Shown here: piece after piece, positions 56,501 to 64,000 of the stretch
Numbering within the stretch: the first letter of the stretch is position 1
Layout of the letters: every line of letters begins with the position of its first letter
Source of the DNA: Eledone cirrhosa
Lineage: Eukaryota
Assembly (NCBI GenBank): GCA_964016885.1
Contig: OZ024760.1
Location: forward strand, 30,876,001 to 30,940,000
Reading direction: 5' to 3'
DNA: 64,000 bases
Position numbers and translations under genes: made by a program
Notes under the pieces: model-generated
Databases searched by the model: none
Told to the model about the DNA's origin: nothing
Seen by the model: only the letters and a program-made list of their open reading frames with translations

Positions 56501-59500
56501 TAATGTAATGTAATATAACGTAATGTAACGTAATGTAATGTAATGTAATGTAATGTAATGTAATGTAATGTGTAATGTAATGTAATGTGTAATGTAATGT
56601 AATGTAATCTAATGTAATGTAATGTAATGTGTAATGTAATGTAATGTAATGTAATGTAATGTAATGTAATGTAATGTAATGTAATGTGTAATGTAATGTA
56701 ATGTAATATAATGTGTAATGTCATGTAATGTAATGTAATGTATAGTAATGTGTAATGTAATGTAATGTTTATGTAATGTGTAAAGTAATGTAATGTGTAA
56801 TGTAATGTAATGTAATGTAATGTAATGTATAGTAATGTGTAATGTAATGTAATGTAATGTAATGTAATGTAATATGTAATGTAATGTAATGTGTAATGTA
56901 ATGTAATGTAATGTAATGTAATGTAATGTAATGTAACGTAATGTAATGTAATGTAATGTAATGTAATGTAATGTAATGTAATGTAATGCAATGTGTAATG
57001 TAATGTAATGTAATGCAACGTGTAATGTAATGTAATGCAATGTGTAATGTAATGTAATGTAATGTAATGTAATGTATTGTAATGTAATGTAATGTAATGT
57101 AATTTAATGTAATGTAATGTAATGTAATGTAATGTAATGTAATGTGTAATGTAATGTAATGTAATGTAACGTAATGTAATGTAATGTAATGTAAAGTGTA
57201 ATGTAGTGTTATGTAATGTAATGTAATGTAATGTGTAACGTAATGTAATGTAATGTAACGTAATGTAATGTAATATAATGTCTAATGTAATGTAAAGTAA
57301 TGTAATGTGTAATGTAATGTAATGTAATATAATGTGTAATGTAATGTAATGTAATGTAATGTAATATAATGTAATGTGTAATGTAATGTAATGTAATGTG
57401 TAATGTAATGTGTAATGTAATGTAATGTGTAATGTAATGTAATGTAATGTAATGTAATGTAAGGTAATGAAATGTAATGTAATGTAATGTGTAATGTAAT
57501 ATAATGTAATGTAATGTAATGTAATGTAATGTAATATAATGTCTAATGTAATGTAAAGTAATGTAATGTGTAATGTAATGTAATGTAATATAATGTGTAA
57601 TGTAATGTAATGTAATGTAATGTAATGTAATATAATGTAATGTGTAATGTAATGTAATGTAATGTGAAATGTAATGTAATGTGTAATGTAATGTAATGTG
57701 TAATGTAATGTAATGTAATGTAATGTAATGTAATGTAATGTAAGGTAATGAAATGTAATGTAATGTAATGTGTAATGTAATATAATGTAATGTAATGTAA
57801 TGTAATGTAATGTAATGTAACGTAACGTAACGTAATGTAATGTAATGTAATGTAATGTGTAATGTGTAATGTAATGTAATGTAATGTAATGTAATGTAAT
57901 GTAATGTAATGTAATGTGTAATGTGTAAAGTAATGTAATGTAATGTAATATGTAACGTAATGTAATGTTATGTAATGGGTAATGTAATGTAATGTAATGT
58001 AACGTGTAATGTAATGTAATGTAATGTAATGTAATGTAATGTGTAATGTAATGTAATGTAATGTAATGTAATGTGTAATGTCATGTAATGTAATGTAATG
58101 TGTAATGTCATGTAATGTAATGTCATGTCATGTAATGTAATGTAATGTGTAATGTAATGTAATGTAATGTAATGTAATGTAATGTAATGTAATGTAATGT
58201 GTAATGTAATGTAATGTAATGTAATATGTAATGTAATGTAATGTAATGTGTAATGTAATGTAATGTAATGTAATGTGTAATGTGTAATGTAATGTAATGT
58301 AATGTAATGTAATGTAACGTGTAATGTAACTTGTAATGTAATGTAATGTAATGTAATATAATGTAATGTAATGAAATGTAATGTAATGTAATGTAATGTG
58401 GAACGTAATGTAATGTAATGTAATGTAATGTAATGTGTAATGTAATGTAATGTAATGTAATGTAATGTAACGTAATGTAATGCAATGTGTAATGTAATGT
58501 AATGTAATGTAATGTAATGTAATGTAATGTAAAGTGTAATGTAGTGTTATGTAATGTAATGTAATGTAATGTGTAACGTAATGTAATGTAATGTAATGTA
58601 TGTAATATAATGTAATGTAATGTGTAATGTAATGTAATGTAATGTAATGTAATGTAATGCAATGTGTAATGTAATATAATATAATGTGTAATGTAGTGTA
58701 ACGTAATGAAATGTAAAGTAATGTAATCTAATGTAATGTAATGTAATGTAATGTAATGTAATGTAATGTAATGTAATATAATGTAATGTGTAATGTAATC
58801 ATAATGTAATGTGTAATGTAATGTAATGTGTAATGTAATGTAATGTAATGTAATGCAATGTGTAATGTAATGTAATGTAATGTGTAATGTAATGTAATGT
58901 AATGTAATGTGTAATGTAATGTAATGTAATGTAACGTGTAATGTAATGTAATGTAATGTAATGTAATGTGTAACGTGTAATGTAATGTAATGTAATGTAA
59001 TGTAATGTGTAACGTGTAATGTAATGTAATATAATGTAATGTAATGTGTAATGTAATGTAATGTAATGTAATGTGTAATGTAATGTAATGTAATGTAATG
59101 TGTAATGTAATGTAATGTATTGTAATGTAATGTGTAATGTAATGTAATGTAATGTTTAATGTCATGTAATGTAAGGTAATGTGTAATGTCATGTAATGTA
59201 ATGTCATGTCATTTAATGTAATGTGTAATGTAATGTAATGTAATGTAATGTAATGTGTAATGTAATGTAATGTAATGTAATGTAATGTAATGTAATATAA
59301 TGTAATGTGTAATGTAATGTAATGTAATGTAATGTGTAATGTAATGTAATGTAATGTGTAATGTAATGTAATGTAATGTAATGTAATGTAACGTGTAATG
59401 TAACGTGTAATGTAATGTAATGTAATGTAATGTAGTGTAATGTAATGTAATGTAATGTAATGTGTAATGTAATGTAATATAATGTGTAATGTCATGTAAT

Positions 59501-62500
59501 GTAATGTAATGTAATGTAATGTATAGTAATGTGTAATGTAATGTAATGTAATGTAATGTGTAATGTAGTGTAATGTGTAATCTAATGTGTAATGTAATGT
59601 AATGTGTAATGTAATGTAATGTAATGTGTAATGTAATGTAATGTAATGTAATGTAACGTAATGTAATGTGTAATGTAATGTAATGTAATGTGTAATGTAA
59701 TGTAATGTAATGTAATGTAATGTAATGTAATGTAATGTAATGTGTAATGTGTAATGTGATGTAATCTAATGTAATGTAATGTAATGTAATGTAATGTGTA
59801 ATGTAATTTAATGTAATGTAATGTAATGTAATGTAATGTAATGTAATGTAATGTAATATAATGTAATATAATGTAATGTAATGTAATGCAATGTGTAATG
59901 TAATGTAATGTAATGTAATGCAATGTGTAACATAATGTAATTTAATGTGTAATGTAATGTAATGTAATGTGTAATGTAATGTAATATAATGTAATATAAT
60001 GTAATGTAATGTAATGCAATGTGTAATGTAATGTAATGTAATGTAATGCAATGTGTAACATAATGTAATTTAATGTGTAATGTAATGTAATGTAACGTGT
60101 AATGTAATGTAATGTAATGTAATGTAATGTAATGTATGTAATATAATGTAATGTAATGTGTAATGTAATGTAATGTAATGTAATGTAATGCAATGTGTAA
60201 TGTAATGTAATTTAATGTGTAATGTAATGTAATGTAATGTGTAATGTAATGTAATGTAATGTAATGTGTAATGTAATGTAATGTAATGTGTAATGTAATG
60301 TAATGTAATGTAATGTAATGTAATGTAATGTAATGTAATGTAATGTGTAATGTAATGTAATGTAATGTAATGTAATGTAATGTAATGTAATGTGTAATGT
60401 AATGTTATGTAACGTAATGTGTAATGTAATGTAATGTAATGTAATGTAATGTAATGTAATGTGTAATGTGTAATGTAATGTAATGTAATGTAACGTGTAA
60501 TGTAACGTGTAATGTAATGTAATGTAATATAACGTAATGTAACGTAATGTAATGTAATGTAATGTAATGTAATGTAATGTGTAATGTAATGTAATGTGTA
60601 ATGTAATGTAATGTAATCTAATGTAATGTAATGTAATGTGTAATGTAATGTAATGTAATGTAATGTAATGTAATGTAATGTAATATAATGTAATGTGTAA
60701 TGTAATGTAATGTAATATAATGTGTAATGTCATGTAATGTAATGTAATGTATAGTAATGTGTAATGTAATGTAATGTTTATGTAATGTGTAAAGTAATGT
60801 AATGTGTAATGTAATGTAATGTAATGTAATGTAATGTATAGTAATGTGTAATGTAATGTAATGTAATGTAATGTAATGTAATATGTAATGTAATGTAATG
60901 TGTAATGTAATGTAATGTAATGTAATGTAATGTAATGTAATGTAATGTAATGTAATGTAATGTAATGTGTAATGTAATGTAATGTGTAATATAATGTAAT
61001 GTAATGTAATGTGTAATGTAATGTAATGTAACGTAATGTAATGTGTAATGTAATGTAATGTGTAATGTAATGTAATGTAATGTAATCTAATGTAATGTAA
61101 TGTAATGTAATGTAATGTAATGTAATGTAATGTAATGTAATGTAATGTAATGTAATGTAATGTAATGTAATGTGTAATGTAATGTAATGTAATGTAATGT
61201 AATGTAATGTAATGTAATGTAATGTAATGTAATGTAATGTAATGTAATGTAATATAATGTAATGTAATGCAATGTGTAATGTAATGTAATGTAATGCAAC
61301 GTGTAATGTAATGTAATGCAATGTGTAATGTAATGTAATGTAATGTAATGTAATGTATTGTAATGTAATGTAATGTAATGTAATTTAATGTAATGTAATG
61401 TAATGTAATGTAATGTAATGTAATGTAATGTAATGTGTAATGTAATGTAATGTAATGTAACGTAATGTAATGTAATGTAAAGTGTAATGTAGTGTTATGT
61501 AATGTAATGTAATGTAATGTGTAACGTAATGTAATGTAATGTAACGTAATGTAATGTAATATAATGTCTAATGTAATGTAAAGTAATGTAATGTGTAATG
61601 TAATGTAATGTAATATAATGTGTAATGTAATGTAATGTAATGTAATATAATGTAATGTGTCATGTAATGTAATGTAATGTGTAATGTAATGTAATGTGTA
61701 ATGTAATGTAATGTGTAATGTAATGTAATGTAATGTAATGTAATGTAAGGTAATGAAATGTAATGTAATGTAATGTGTAATGTAATATAATGTAATGTAA
61801 TGTAATGTAATGTAATGTAATATAATGTCTAATGTAATGTAAAGTAATGTAATGTGTAATGTAATGTAATGTAATATAATGTGTAATGTAATGTAATGTA
61901 ATGTAATGTAATGTAATATAATGTAATGTGTAATGTAATGTAATGTAATGTGAAATGTAATGTAATGTGTAATGTAATGTAATGTGTAATGTAATGTAAT
62001 GTAATGTAATGTAATGTAATGTAATGTAATGTAATGTAAGGTAATGAAATGTAATGTAATGTAATGTGTAATGTAATATAATGTAATGTAATGTAATGTA
62101 ATGTAATGTAATGTAACGTAACGTAACGTAATGTAATGTAATGTAATGTAATGTGTAATGTTTAATGTGTAATGTAATGTAATGTAATGTAATGTAATGT
62201 AATGTAATGTGTAATGTGTAAAGTAATGTAATGTAATGTAATATGTAACGTAATGTAATGTTATGTAATGTGTAATGTAATGTAATGTAATGTAACGTGT
62301 AATGTAATGTAATGTAATGTAATGTAATGTAATGTGTAATGTAATGTAATGTAATGTAATCTAATGTGTAATGTCATGTAATGTAATGTAATGTGTAATG
62401 TCATGTAATGTAATGTCATGTCATGTAATGTAATGTAATGTGTAATGTAATGTAATGTAATGTAATGTAATGTAATGTAATGTAATGTAATGTGTAATGT

Positions 62501-64000
62501 AATGTAATGTAATGTAATATGTAATGTAATGTAATGTAATGTGTAATGTAATGTAATGTAATGTAATGTGTAATGTGTAATGTAATGTAATGTAATGTAA
62601 TGTAATGTAATGTAACGTGTAATGTAACGTGTAATGTAATGTAATGTAATATAATGTAATGTAATGTAATGTAATGTAATGTAATGTAATGTGGAACGTA
62701 ATGTAATGTAATGTAATGTAATGTAATGTGTAATGTAATGTAATGTAATGTAATGTAATGTAACGTAATGTAATGTAATGTGTAATGTAATGTAATGTAA
62801 TGTAATGTAATGTAATGTAAAGTGTAATGTAGTGTTATGTATTGTAATGTAATGTAATGTGTAACGTAATGTAATGTAATGTAATGTATGTAATATAATG
62901 TAATGTAATGTGTAATGTAATGTAATGTAATGTAATGTAATGTAATGCAATGTGTAATGTAATATAATATAATGTGTAATGTAGTGTAACGTAATGAAAT
63001 GTAATGTAATGTAATCTAATGTAATGTAATGTAATGTAATGTAATGTAATGTAATGTAATATAATGTAATGTGTAATGTAATCATAATGTAATGTGTAAT
63101 GTAATGTAATGTGTAATGTAATGTAATATGTAATATAATGTAATGTAATGTAATGTAATGTAATGTAAAGTAATGTGTAATGTAATGTAATGTAATGTAA
63201 TGTAATGTAATGTAATGTAATGTAATGTAATGTAATGTAATGTAACGTAATGTAATGTAATGTAATGTAATGTAATGTAATGTAATGTAATGTAATGTAA
63301 TGTAATGTAATGTAATGTAATGTAATGTAATGTAATGTAATGTAATGTAATGTGTAATGTGTAAAGTAATGTAATGTAATGTAATGTGTAATGTAATGTA
63401 ATTTAATGTAATGTGTAATGTAATGTAATGTAATGTAACGTGTAATGTAATGTAATGTAATGTAATGTAATGTAATGTGTAATGTAATGTAATGTAATGT
63501 AATGTAATGTGTAATGTCATGTAATGTAATGTAATGTATGTAATGTAATGTAATGTAATGTAATGTAATGTAATGTAATGTAATGTAATGTAATGTAATG
63601 TAATGTAATGTAATGTAATGTAATGTATTGTAATGTAATGTAATGTAATGTAATGTAATGTATTGTAATGTAATGTAATGTAATGTAATGTAATGTAATG
63701 TAATGTAATGTAATGTAATGTGTAATGTAATGTAATGTAATGTGTAATGTAATGTAATGTGTAATGTAATGTAATGTAATGTAATGTAACGTGTAATGTA
63801 ACGTGTAATGTAATGTAATGTAATGTAATATAATGTAATGTAATGTAATGTAATGTAATGTAATGTAATGTAATGTGTAATGTAATGTAATGTAATGTAA
63901 TACAACGTGTAATGTCATGTAATGTAATGTAATGTAATGTATAGTAATGTGTAATGTAATGTAATGTAATGTAATGTAATGTAATGTAATGTAATGTAAT
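38600..64000. repeat. SINE-free satellite domain with an irregular 3-5 kb higher-order repeat
   Basis: Marker gtgaaatg at about 45790, 49540, 52598, 57665 and 61951; aatgggta at about 46149, 49859, 52920 and 57977; aacttgta at about 46505, 50215, 53276 and 58328. Confidence 0.85.

Larger units (their letters stand above)
1..64000. repeat. (AATGT)n / (ACATT)n pentanucleotide simple-satellite array with frequent AATGTGT heptamer and single-base variant units; extends beyond both window ends
   Basis: Seen directly. All sequence outside the 18 short inserts is AATGT units or close variants, in one orientation, with no strand switch noticed. Confidence 0.99.

Noticed and set aside
452-63918. About 80 minus-strand ORFs encoding (HYITL)n, up to 419 aa
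   Set aside because: (CATTA)n has no stop codon in any frame and gives the same 5-aa repeat in all three. ORF ends fall at random variant units and overlapping frames are equally open, so these are satellite artefacts.
1-64000. Telomeric repeat tract with telomere-specific retroelements
   Set aside because: AATGT lacks the GG/GGG run of known animal telomere repeats. Kb-scale duplicated variant patterns indicate recombinational satellite rather than telomerase product, and no reverse transcriptase is encoded.
1-64000. Human HSat2/HSat3
   Set aside because: Those are based on (AATGG)n / (CATTC)n. Here the unit is AATGT, and the embedded SINE is not Alu or MIR.

Overview
The window is non-coding eukaryotic satellite DNA. 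It is one (AATGT)n pentamer array, (ACATT)n on the minus strand, in a single orientation from end to end. It is punctuated by AATGTGT heptamers and by point variants (AACGT, AATAT, AAAGT, AAGGT, AATCT, AATGC and others). The only complex sequence is a 189-190 bp element present 18 times between 1532 and 34894, always in the same orientation. Read on the minus strand it has RNA Pol III A and B boxes at its 5' end, so it is a tRNA-derived SINE. From memory it resembles the abundant octopus SINEs, but I could not verify that by search. All copies share the same junctions, including a candidate target-site duplication, (G)TAATATAA. This points to one insertion that was then amplified with its satellite flanks into a composite SINE-plus-satellite higher-order repeat, with three spatially clustered SINE variant groups. 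The right part (about 35-64 kb) has no SINE and has its own irregular 3-5 kb higher-order repeat. All listed ORFs (HYITL repeats) are artefacts of the stop-free (CATTA)n strand, so I call no protein-coding genes. Coordinates were read by eye; duplication boundaries inside the satellite are approximate.
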